A DNA stretch of 63,750 nucleotides, filler included, from Sandaracinaceae bacterium (GTDB lineage: Bacteria; Myxococcota_A; Polyangia; Polyangiales; JADJQN01), in assembly GCA_947483975.1 (NCBI GenBank). It is 3 parts of 3 records of this genome, joined end to end, with 100 filler letters (N's around TTAATTAATTAA, not from the genome) between each part and the next. Parts side by side here need not be neighbours in the genome. Positions count along the whole stretch, not along the records: positions 1 to 21,818 come from CANKOL010000045.1; positions 21,919 to 42,993 come from CANKOL010000046.1; 1 more part is not named here. One strand, written 5' to 3'. Below, in pieces: positions 18,351 to 26,746 of the stretch. A program made the position numbers and the translations under genes. The notes below the pieces were generated by a model. That model had not been told where the DNA came from and ran no database searches. It saw only the letters and a program-made list of their open reading frames with translations. Numbering within the stretch: the first letter of the stretch is position 1; each line of letters opens with the position of its first letter.

Positions 18351-19049
18351 ATGCTGACCATTCGACGCGCGCAGGACCGTGGCCACTCCGACCACGGCTG
18401 GCTGAGCTCGCACCACACCTTCTCGTTCGCCGACTACCACGACCCGCTCCACATGGGCTTCCGCGCCCTGCGGGTGCTCAACGACGACCGGGTGGCGCCG
18501 GGGCGAGGCTTCGGCGCGCACCCGCACCGGGACATGGAGATCGTCTCGTACGTGCTCGCAGGCGCGCTCGAGCACCGCGACTCGATGGGCCACGGCTCGG
18601 TGATTCGCCCGGGGGACGTCCAGCGCATGAGCGCCGGGACGGGCGTGACCCACAGCGAGTTCAACGCCTCCGCGCGTGAGCCCGTGCACTTCCTGCAGAT
18701 CTGGCTGCTTCCGTCCAAGCCGGGGCTCGCGCCGAGCTACGAGCAGAAGACCTTCGCGCTCGACGGTGACGACCGCGCCTTCACGCTGCTCGCCTCGCCG
18801 GACGGGCGCGACGGGAGCCTGACGGTGCAGACGGCTGGATCGCTGTTCGCTGGGCGATTCGCGCCCGGTCAGCGCGCGCGGTACGAGCTGGGCTACGGGC
18901 GGCACGCGTGGGTCCACGTCGCGAAGGGGCGCGTGCGGCTCGACGGGCGCGACCTCGAGGCGGGCGACGCCGTGGGGCTCTCGGACGAGAGCGGCGTCAC
19001 CCTCGAGGGGCTCGAGGCGAGCGAGCTCCTGCTGTTCGACCTCGCGTGA
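18351..19049 (+). CDS. Pirin family protein (YhhW-like)
   Basis: HGWLSSHHTFSF, HPHRDMEI, MSAGTGVTHSEFN, LQIW. Confidence 0.93.
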   Translation: MLTIRRAQDRGHSDHGWLSSHHTFSFADYHDPLHMGFRALRVLNDDRVAPGRGFGAHPHRDMEIVSYVLAGALEHRDSMGHGSVIRPGDVQRMSAGTGVTHSEFNASAREPVHFLQIWLLPSKPGLAPSYEQKTFALDGDDRAFTLLASPDGRDGSLTVQTAGSLFAGRFAPGQRARYELGYGRHAWVHVAKGRVRLDGRDLEAGDAVGLSDESGVTLEGLEASELLLFDLA

Positions 19050-19124
19050 GCCGACCCACCGAGCGGTAGGGGCCGGGGAGCGCCGATTGCGGGGCCGCCC
19101 GAAGCAGCGTACCAATTCGCCCCC

Positions 19125-19787
19125 ATGGACGAGCTCGGCACCGCAGAGCGGGCGCGCCTGTTCGAGCGGTTCGGCCGCTCGTACGAGGCGAACGCCCAGA
19201 TCTACGCAGAGGGCGACGCGGCAGACACCTGCTTCCTCGTGCAGGAGGGGCGCGTCCGGCTCGTCAGGCATATCCGCTCCGCGGAGCGCAGCCTGACCGT
19301 GCTCCGGCCGGGGGACCTCTTCGGGGAGGACGCGCTGCTGCCGACGGCCGTACGGAGCGCCTCCGCTGTCGCGCTGACGCCGGTCACCGTGCTCGCCCTC
19401 GACCGCCGGACGTTCGGCGTGATGCTGTCCGGCAACGCCGAGGTCGCGACCCGCTTGGTCGAGCAGCTCGTCCGCCGCCTCCGGGACGCCGAGGAGCAGC
19501 TCGAGAACGCCATGCTGCGGGACCACCCGTCGCGCGTCGTCAACACCCTCGTGCGCCTCGCCGCGGGCAGCGTCCCAACCGAGGACGGCTACGCGGTCCA
19601 GGTGTCGCCCCTCGAGCTCTCGAGCCGGGTCGGGCTCGACGTGGACACGGTCAAGCGCGTCGTGCAGCAGCTCCGGGACGGCGGCTACCTCCGCATCGTC
19701 GAGGAGCGGGTCGTGGTCCCGGATCTCGAGGCGCTGCGCCGCCTCTATCAGCTCCTCGGCATGAAGGAAGAGGTCCGGAGTGCCTGA
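19125..19787 (+). CDS. Crp/Fnr family transcriptional regulator
   Basis: cNMP-binding fold (EGD, GRVRL, GDLFGE, RSASA) plus C-terminal HTH. Confidence 0.88.
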   Translation: MDELGTAERARLFERFGRSYEANAQIYAEGDAADTCFLVQEGRVRLVRHIRSAERSLTVLRPGDLFGEDALLPTAVRSASAVALTPVTVLALDRRTFGVMLSGNAEVATRLVEQLVRRLRDAEEQLENAMLRDHPSRVVNTLVRLAAGSVPTEDGYAVQVSPLELSSRVGLDVDTVKRVVQQLRDGGYLRIVEERVVVPDLEALRRLYQLLGMKEEVRSA

Positions 19788-19947
19788 GCGACCCGTTTTG
19801 ACGGGCGCGACGGACCTGTCGGCGGGCCGACACCCCCCGGCGACGAGGCGCTCCAGAGGGGCCGGAGCCCCGCAGCGTTTCCTATTGACGGTCCCGACCA
19901 TGATCGGTAGATCAGGGGGCCTGCAGTCCCCGGCGACCGGGATCACC

Positions 19948-20748
19948 ATGTCTCGGATCACCCACGCTACCTCCCTCGTCGTGCTCGCCCTCGCGCTCCT
20001 GCCGGGCTGCGGCGGGGGTCCCACGGCAGAGGAGTCGATGCGGTCGCAGCGCGAGTACGAGCTCGGAGTATCGCTGATGCGAGAGGCCAGCCTCCCGCAG
20101 GCGTTCGAGCATCTGCTGGGCGCGGTCCACCTCGACCCGGAGAACGCCGAGGCGCACCACGTGCTCGGCGTCCTGTTCACCGCCCGCGGGGACTACGCCA
20201 AGGCAGAGCAGCACCTCGCCATCGCCGGGCGCCTCGCACAAGACCCTTCCCTCGAGGTCCGCCCGAGCCTACGCTCTGAGATTCGCAACAGCCACGCCGT
20301 CCTACTCATGCAGCAGCGGAAATTCGACGAGGCGATCGTCGAGCTGCGCGTCGCCGCCAGCGACCTGCTCTACACGACTCCTTATCTCGCTTGGGCCAAC
20401 CTCGGACTCGCTTACCTCGACAAAGAAGACTATCCGCAGGCGATCTCGGCGCTCGAACAGGCCGTCCGTCTCCAACGCGACTTCTGCTTGGGCTATCTGC
20501 GCCTCGGACGAGCTTACTTGGCGACAGAGGACTTCACCCGGGCTGAGACGGCGCTCTCGCGCGTCGTCGAGGTCGACAACGAAACCTGCAACACCACCCA
20601 GGAAGCCTGGCAGCTGCGCGGCGAAGCCCGCGCGGGCCTCGGTCACCGCGACGACGCGGCGGCCGACTTCGAGCGCTGCGTCGAGCTCGGTCAAGAGACC
20701 GACTCGGGCCACGCGTGCCGGCACTCCCTGGACACCGCTCACAACTGA
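19948..20748 (+). CDS. tgl: TPR lipoprotein, Tgl/PilF-like type IV pilus pilotin
   Basis: Lipobox LPGC, tandem TPRs, LYTTPYLAWANLG, paired Cys; lies before HTH and recO as recalled for myxobacterial tgl loci. Confidence 0.65.
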   Translation: MSRITHATSLVVLALALLPGCGGGPTAEESMRSQREYELGVSLMREASLPQAFEHLLGAVHLDPENAEAHHVLGVLFTARGDYAKAEQHLAIAGRLAQDPSLEVRPSLRSEIRNSHAVLLMQQRKFDEAIVELRVAASDLLYTTPYLAWANLGLAYLDKEDYPQAISALEQAVRLQRDFCLGYLRLGRAYLATEDFTRAETALSRVVEVDNETCNTTQEAWQLRGEARAGLGHRDDAAADFERCVELGQETDSGHACRHSLDTAHN

Positions 20749-20791
20749 GTAGGGAGCGTCCGCCCCGGCGGCGCCCCTTCGGAGGAACTCG

Positions 20792-21232
20792 ATGGAGTCA
20801 ATCGGACGCTATCTACGGAGAGAGCGAGAGCTGCGGCAGGTCTCCTTGGAGGAGCTCGCCCAGACCACGCGCATTCCGCTCAAGATGCTCCAGCACATCG
20901 AGGCGGACGACTTCGAGAAGCTGCCGGGCGAGATCTTCGCGCGCGGCTTTCTGAAGTGTTATGCGCGGGCGCTCGGCATCGCTCCGGACGACGTGCTCGC
21001 CGTCTACGGGCAGCAGAACCGGCGCGCGATCGTCGCGACGCCGGCGCCGATCATGGCGATCCAGCCGCCCGAGCGCGGACGCCGCTTCGGCATCGCGCTC
21101 GCGCTCGTCATCCTGCTGATCCTGTTCACGCTCGCGCTCTCCATCGTCCTCAAGCCGCGGCAGCGCGACACGCAGATCGAGCTCTCCGGGCGGGACGTGC
21201 CGGCGCTCACCGTCGACGCGCGCGCGAGCTGA
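20792..21232 (+). CDS. RodZ-like HTH membrane protein (short form)
   Basis: IGRYLRRERE..TRIP..IEADDFEKLPG..RGFLKCYARALG HTH plus one TM segment. Confidence 0.8.
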   Translation: MESIGRYLRRERELRQVSLEELAQTTRIPLKMLQHIEADDFEKLPGEIFARGFLKCYARALGIAPDDVLAVYGQQNRRAIVATPAPIMAIQPPERGRRFGIALALVILLILFTLALSIVLKPRQRDTQIELSGRDVPALTVDARAS

Positions 21233-21266
21233 GGCGCCCGACGCGCGCTCGGCTCAGGAGCCTCCC

Positions 21267-21818
21267 GTGAGCGCGACGCCGGCGACGGGGCGCACCGTGC
21301 AGAGCGAGGCGCTCGTCCTGCGCAGCATCGACTACGGCGAGGCGGACCGGATCGTGACGCTGCTCGCGCGCGATCTCGGCAAGCTCGCCGTCATCGCGCG
21401 GGGCGCTCGCAAGAGCCAGAAGCGCTTCGCCGGCGCGCTCGAGCCGTTCGCGGTGCTGACGGCGGAGGTCGCGGTCGGACGCGGCGAGGTCTCGCGCCTC
21501 GCGTCGGCCTCGATACGGCGGACGTTCCCCTCGATCCTCGGGAACCTCGCCAAGATGCAGGCGGGCGGGCGCGCGCTGGAGCTCGTGCGCGAGGCGCTGC
21601 CGAGCGGGCCGGTCGACGCGCGGCTCTTCGACGCCTGCGTCGCGCTCTTCGAGATGCTCGACGCGGCGGACGCGGCGCGCGACGAGCACGAGCTGGCCTT
21701 CACCGTGCGGCTCGCGGCGCTCCTCGGCTTCGCGCCGCGGGTCGATCGCTGCGCGCGCTGCGGCGCGATCGCGCCCGACGGCAAGGCGGCGCTCTTCGAT
21801 CCGCGCGCGTCGTCGGTG
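21267..21818 (+). CDS. recO: DNA repair protein RecO, 3'-truncated at contig end
   Basis: LVLRSIDYGEADRIV, ARGARKS, GALEPF, GFAPRVDRCARCG. Confidence 0.92.
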
Positions 21819-21918
21819 NNNNNNNNNNNNNNNNNNNNNNNNNNNNNNNNNNNNNNNNNNNNTTAATTAATTAANNNNNNNNNNNNNNNNNNNNNNNNNN
21901 NNNNNNNNNNNNNNNNNN
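21819..21918. other. Artificial contig spacer (N44-TTAATTAATTAA-N44)
   Basis: 100 nt of N with a six-frame stop linker at 21863-21874. Confidence 0.97.
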
Positions 21919-22225
21919 CGCGCCACAGCCGGCCGCACAGAGCCAGAGCGCTCCTGCGATCCACTGCTCGGCGCGCGACGTCACGCGCGCGATGCTAGCA
22001 GCCCGCTGCCGCGCCCGCCGCACGCGCAGACCGCCCCCGCGCCTCGCACGTCCGAAGGACGACTCACGGCGCGTTCACGGATCGCCGCGTGAACGAGGGG
22101 TCACACCGCCTCGCATGACCCACGAAAATCGCCCAGGATGTCGAGAGTCTGGGCGGCGAAGCGCTGGCACGGATCCTGAGTTACGCAGCCACGAGCCACC
22201 CCGACCGCACCCGAAGCGAGGACCC

Positions 22226-23239
22226 ATGACCGCCCCCCGCCGCACCTTTTCTTTCCGCTCCTTCGACGCCCTCCGCGTCGCCCTCTTTGCCCTCGCGGCG
22301 CTCGGCGCCGTCGTCGCCTCAGGCTGCGCGCAGGAGGACTACTACTGCGACGCGAGCGGCTGCTATCGCTGCGATGGAGTCGGCTGCCGCCTGCTCGACC
22401 CGCCGACGCGCCCGATGTGTCACGGCGACTGGGAGTGCGCCGCGCCCACCGTCTGCACGACCCTCGGCTGCGCCGCCGAGTGCGTCGCGGACGGCGACTG
22501 CCCCGAGGGCACCGTCTGCCGCACCGGCCTCTGCGCCGCGCCGCAAGAGCCGCCGCCCGTGGTCAACCCCGGCACCTGCACGCGCAACGCGGACTGCGCA
22601 GACGCCTCGCTCGTCTGCCAAGACGGCGCCTGCGTCGTCGCCCCGACGCCGGCGTGCAGCGCCACCGACGCTTGCCCGAGCGGCCAGTCCTGCGTCGCGG
22701 GGACCTGCATCGTCAACACCGAGACGTGTCAGTTCAGCTTCGAGTGCGGCGCGGACCACCTCTGCGTGAACCAGCTCTGCACCACGAGCTGCGCGGCGGG
22801 CGCGGCGTGCGGCGTCGGTGAGACCTGCGACGCGGCGAGCGGCACCTGCGTCGTCACGCCCCCCGTCACCGGCGTGTGCACCAACGACGCCGCCTGCGGC
22901 GCGGGGCGCGTCTGCCTCGACTCGAGCTGCTACGACGGCTGCACCACCGACGCGACCTGCGGCGCGGGCCGCTACTGCGCCGCGGGCGTCTGCCGCCCCG
23001 ACACGCGCCCGCACCCCTTCTGCGCCAGCGACGCCGACTGCGCGCCCGGACGCCCCTGCATCGGCGGCGTCTGCCGCACGCCCTGCGACACCAGCGCGAC
23101 CTGCGCGATGTTCGACGTGCAGTTCAACTTCTGCGGCGCCGACAGCTACTGCCTGACGACCAACGAGGTCACGACCGACTGCCACGCTGCGGCGGACTGC
23201 GCCGCAGGCCAGGCGTGCATCGACGGCATCTGCCGCTGA
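22226..23239 (+). CDS. Cysteine-rich repeat lipoprotein
   Basis: GAGGA RBS, lipobox ASGC, 48 further Cys mostly in C-x5-C-x5-C-x4-C modules. Confidence 0.85.
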   Translation: MTAPRRTFSFRSFDALRVALFALAALGAVVASGCAQEDYYCDASGCYRCDGVGCRLLDPPTRPMCHGDWECAAPTVCTTLGCAAECVADGDCPEGTVCRTGLCAAPQEPPPVVNPGTCTRNADCADASLVCQDGACVVAPTPACSATDACPSGQSCVAGTCIVNTETCQFSFECGADHLCVNQLCTTSCAAGAACGVGETCDAASGTCVVTPPVTGVCTNDAACGAGRVCLDSSCYDGCTTDATCGAGRYCAAGVCRPDTRPHPFCASDADCAPGRPCIGGVCRTPCDTSATCAMFDVQFNFCGADSYCLTTNEVTTDCHAAADCAAGQACIDGICR

Positions 23240-23286
23240 CCGACCACCAGCGTCTTCTGTCTCTTCACTCGCGCGAGGCTCCTCGA

Positions 23287-23700
23287 ATGTCCAAGAAGGT
23301 GAAGGCGATTCTCGTCGGCGTGCTCCTCGCGCTCGTGGCCGCTTGCGGCCCGGGCTCCCATCGCTCCGCGCCGCTGCCGCCGCCGGGTCCAGACGCCGGA
23401 GGCTCCTCCGGCTTGGTCGCGACTCGGCTCGTCAGCTCACTCTCCAGCGCCGAGGCCCGCACGCTCTGCGAGTATGCGGCGGCGGTGACGAGCCGGACGA
23501 CGGTCAGCTGTGATGGCGGGCTCACGATCGAGCCGATCGCCGTCGACTCGTGCGCCGCGAGCATCGCCGTCCCTCCCGCCGGCTGCACGGCGACCGTCGG
23601 CGACGTCGAGGGCTGCTTCGAGGCGATGGGCGCGAACCCCTGCGTCGGTTTCAGCAGCGCGGCGTGCGCCCCGATCCTCGCGTGCGGTCGCGCCGCCTGA
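23287..23700 (+). CDS. Small Cys-rich lipoprotein
   Basis: MSKKVK..LVAAC lipobox; several Cys in the mature part. Confidence 0.75.
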   Translation: MSKKVKAILVGVLLALVAACGPGSHRSAPLPPPGPDAGGSSGLVATRLVSSLSSAEARTLCEYAAAVTSRTTVSCDGGLTIEPIAVDSCAASIAVPPAGCTATVGDVEGCFEAMGANPCVGFSSAACAPILACGRAA

Positions 23701-23770
23701 GCGCTGCCTTCAGGCGCCTCGAGCGCCGCCCTCCTACCGCCGCGCTCCTCGGGCGTGTATCGTTGCGCGC

Positions 23771-24178
23771 GTGAAAGCCGCCGACCTGATGACGCGCGAC
23801 GTCGTGACGCTCGCGGAGGGCGCGACGCTCGGGGACGCGCTCGCCACGCTCAGCGAGCACGGCGTGCGGCACCTGCCCATCCTGCGCGGCAAGAAGCCGA
23901 TCGGCGTGATCTCGGACCGCGACCTGCGCCGCCTCGAGGGCGCGATGGCCGGGTCGGTCGGCACCGCCGCGCCGGGCGCCGATCTCTTCGCCGCGCCGGT
24001 CACTTCGATCCTCGAGGGCGTGCCGGCCAGCGTGCTCGGGAGCGCGACGGTACGCGAGGTGATCGACACGATGCTCGAGGCGCACGTCGGCGCCGTGCTC
24101 GTGCTCGACGGCCGCGGCTCGCTCGTCGGGATCGTCAGCTTCGTCGACGTGCTGCGCGCGGCCCGCGACAAGTTCTGA
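23771..24178 (+). CDS. CBS-domain pair protein
   Basis: LMTRDVVT, VRHLPI, GVISDRD, GIVSFVDVL. Confidence 0.9.
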   Translation: MKAADLMTRDVVTLAEGATLGDALATLSEHGVRHLPILRGKKPIGVISDRDLRRLEGAMAGSVGTAAPGADLFAAPVTSILEGVPASVLGSATVREVIDTMLEAHVGAVLVLDGRGSLVGIVSFVDVLRAARDKF

Positions 24179-24196
24179 GCCCGCGCGCCGTCCGCC

Positions 24197-25000
24197 TCAC
24201 CAGCCGCAGCCGAGCGCGAAGTAGTCGGGCCCACGCTCGCGGCTGATCTGCAGCCACGACTCCCAGATCGTCTGCGTGCGCGCGGCGAAGTCCGCAAGCT
24301 CCGGGTCGGTCCGCGCCGCCGCCTGCATCCACGGGCCGAGCGGGTCGATCAGCCCAGTCTCGTTGCCGAGCCCAGGGACGCGCGTCGAGAGGCGATGCAC
24401 GCCCGCGCCCTCCGCCCACGGATCGGCCGGGTCTTCGGTCGCCCGCATCCCCGGCAGATCCGACCAAGCCTCGATGAAGGTCGTCTCGCCCTGATCGTTG
24501 AAGGTGAATTCCTCGTAGATCGCGCAAGCGCCGCCGCGATAGGCGAACGACACCCGACAGCGCGCGAAGGGCTGGACCGCGAACGCGCGGCAGTCGCGGG
24601 TCGGCACCGTGGACGGCTCCGCGGCGAGCGCCGTGCGCGTGGAATTGACCATCACGTCGCGCTCGTAGCCGGTCAGCAGCAGCCAGGGAGCCCACTCCCA
24701 GCGCGCGACCAGCGTCGAGTAGTTCGGCACGAGCGCGGGATCCGCCCGAGTGTCGAGCGTGTCGAAGTAGAGGTTGGCCTGCGCGACGTAGTACTCGGGC
24801 GTCTGCTGCGGCGTCAGCACCGTCGAGAGCTCTCCCGAGGGCGGCGGCCCGGCGTCGACGGGCGGGCCGGCGTCCACAGGAGCGGGCCCGGAGTCCGTCG
24901 AGGCGTCGACAGGCGTGGTGACCGGCGTCGGCGTGCAGCCCACCGACCACAGGGCGAGCGCGAACGGAATCGGAAGAAATCGGAGCGCGGTCATCGACAC
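24197..25000 (-). CDS. Hypothetical lipoprotein
   Basis: Lipobox SVGC, VDAG-repeat linker, globular domain (YEEFTFNDQGETTFIEAW). Confidence 0.7.
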   Translation of the reverse strand: MSMTALRFLPIPFALALWSVGCTPTPVTTPVDASTDSGPAPVDAGPPVDAGPPPSGELSTVLTPQQTPEYYVAQANLYFDTLDTRADPALVPNYSTLVARWEWAPWLLLTGYERDVMVNSTRTALAAEPSTVPTRDCRAFAVQPFARCRVSFAYRGGACAIYEEFTFNDQGETTFIEAWSDLPGMRATEDPADPWAEGAGVHRLSTRVPGLGNETGLIDPLGPWMQAAARTDPELADFAARTQTIWESWLQISRERGPDYFALGCGW

Positions 25001-25150
25001 GGAGCACCTCTCGAGGCGAGCTGTTCTGCGGAGAGCTTAGTCGAACTCGCGCGCTGAAAGCTCAGGCTGCGCAGGGCTCCACAACGAAGATGAGGCTCAG
25101 GGTGATCTCTCACCGTGAGCCTCATTGGGAGTGGCCTGCGCCGAGCGTCA

Positions 25151-25220
25151 GCTCAGCGCGACTGCCTGCCGCAGAGCGGCTCAGCGCGATTGCCTGCCGC
25201 AGCGCGGCTCAGCGCGACTG
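25151..25220. repeat. 28-bp tandem repeat (2.5 copies) covering the GT2 stop codon
   Basis: GCTCAGCGCGACTGCCTGCCGCAGAGCG at 25151, near copy at 25179, partial copy at 25207. Confidence 0.8.
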
Positions 25221-26651
25221 ATAGAGCGAGAGCGAGCCGACGTAGAGGAAGCCCACCACGAAGAGCACGAGGAACGGGATGCTCGTCCACGACCCGGTGA
25301 CGACGGCGATCGCGATCGTCGCGACGAAGTACAGCCCGAAGCCGATCTCGAGGAGCGTCGCGAGCGTCTTGCCCGCCTTGTACGACTTCTTCGACCAGCC
25401 CTCGGTGTGCTTGACGATGCCGTGCTTCGGCGTGCGGACGAACTCGCTGTCCTTGCCGATCAGCCCCTCGATCACCGCGCGGGCGTTGTTGATCGAGAGC
25501 CCGATGCCGAGCGCCATCGTCATCGGCAGGCGGCGGAGCGCCTCCCAGATGTTGTTGTAGAGGACGTGGTGCGAGGTGACGTAGAAGAGGACGATGCTGC
25601 CGCTGGTCGCGACGAAGAGCGGCACGTCGAGGAGCAGCAGCTCCGGGCGATCCATGTGCCGACGAAGCAGCATATTCGGCAGCTGAAGCGCCGCGAGGAT
25701 CACGAGGAAGAGGTACGCGAAGTTGTTCGTCAGGTGGAAGACCGCCTCGATCTTCACGAACAGCGGGATCTTCGAGCGGAGCACGAGCGGCAGGAGCTTC
25801 TTCGCGGTCTGCGCCGAGCCCTTCGCCCAGCGGAACTGCTGCCCCTTGAAGCTGTTCATCTCGCAGGGGATCTCGGCGGGCGCGATCACGTCGGGGACGT
25901 AGATGAACTGCCAGCCGCGGAGCTGCGCGCGGAAGCTGAGGTCCATGTCCTCGGTGAGCGTGTCGTGCTGCCAGCCGCCGGCGTCGACGATCGCCGACTT
26001 GCGCCAGATGCCCGCGGTGCCGTTGAAGTTGAAGAAGCGCCCCGAGCGGTTGCGCGCGATGTGCTCGATGACGAAGTGCCCGTCGAGCATCATCGACTGC
26101 ACGCGCGTGAGCATCGAGTAGTCGCGGTTGAGGTGGCCCCAGCGCGCCTGCACCATGCCGACCTTCGGGTCGGTGAAGAAGTGCACGAGGTCCTTGATGA
26201 TCCCCTTGGTCGGGACGAAGTCCGCGTCGAACACGAGGATGAAGTCGCCCTTCGCGACCTTCTGCCCGGCCTCCAGCGCGCCGGCCTTGTAGCCCGTGCG
26301 GTCGGTGCGGTGGACGTAGGTCGCGTCCCAGCCGCGCGCGACGAGGTCGGCGACCTTCGCGGCCGCGATCTGCTGCGTCTCGTCGGTCGAGTCGTCGAGG
26401 ACCTGAATCTCGAGGCGGTCCTTCGGGTACTCGATCTCCGTGCAGCCCTCGATCAGGCGCTCGGCGACGTACATCTCGTTGAACATCGGCAGCTGCACCG
26501 TGACGTACGGCAGCTCCTCGAACTGCGACATCGGCTTCGGCGCGGACTTGCGGTGCCTCCAGTAGAGGAACAGCAGGTGGGCTCGGTGGAAGCCGTAGAT
26601 GCCTAGGACCGAGAGAACGATGAGGTACAGCGCGATGACGACGACGTCCAT
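25209..26651 (-). CDS. Processive GT2 glycosyltransferase (CslA/cellulose synthase-like)
   Basis: QVLDDSTD, KAGAL, FDADF, TED, QQFRW; N- and C-terminal TM segments. Confidence 0.92.
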   Translation of the reverse strand: MDVVVIALYLIVLSVLGIYGFHRAHLLFLYWRHRKSAPKPMSQFEELPYVTVQLPMFNEMYVAERLIEGCTEIEYPKDRLEIQVLDDSTDETQQIAAAKVADLVARGWDATYVHRTDRTGYKAGALEAGQKVAKGDFILVFDADFVPTKGIIKDLVHFFTDPKVGMVQARWGHLNRDYSMLTRVQSMMLDGHFVIEHIARNRSGRFFNFNGTAGIWRKSAIVDAGGWQHDTLTEDMDLSFRAQLRGWQFIYVPDVIAPAEIPCEMNSFKGQQFRWAKGSAQTAKKLLPLVLRSKIPLFVKIEAVFHLTNNFAYLFLVILAALQLPNMLLRRHMDRPELLLLDVPLFVATSGSIVLFYVTSHHVLYNNIWEALRRLPMTMALGIGLSINNARAVIEGLIGKDSEFVRTPKHGIVKHTEGWSKKSYKAGKTLATLLEIGFGLYFVATIAIAVVTGSWTSIPFLVLFVVGFLYVGSLSLYQSR

Positions 26652-26746
26652 GGGTCGGCACCCTACGCGCGCGCCGAGGGGGCAATTGTCCGAGACTTGT
26701 ACTTCGTTGTCCGCTTGCGTCGCCCGCTGTCGATCGCTGACGCGGG

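Noticed and set aside
21863..21874. TTAATTAATTAA palindrome as a biological site (also 43038-43049)
   Set aside because: Centred in 100-nt N runs; an artificial six-frame stop linker
22165..22180. Sigma54 promoter (TGGCACG-GATC-CTGAG) before the Cys-rich gene
   Set aside because: The -24 box is good but the -12 lacks the conserved GC; too weak to call
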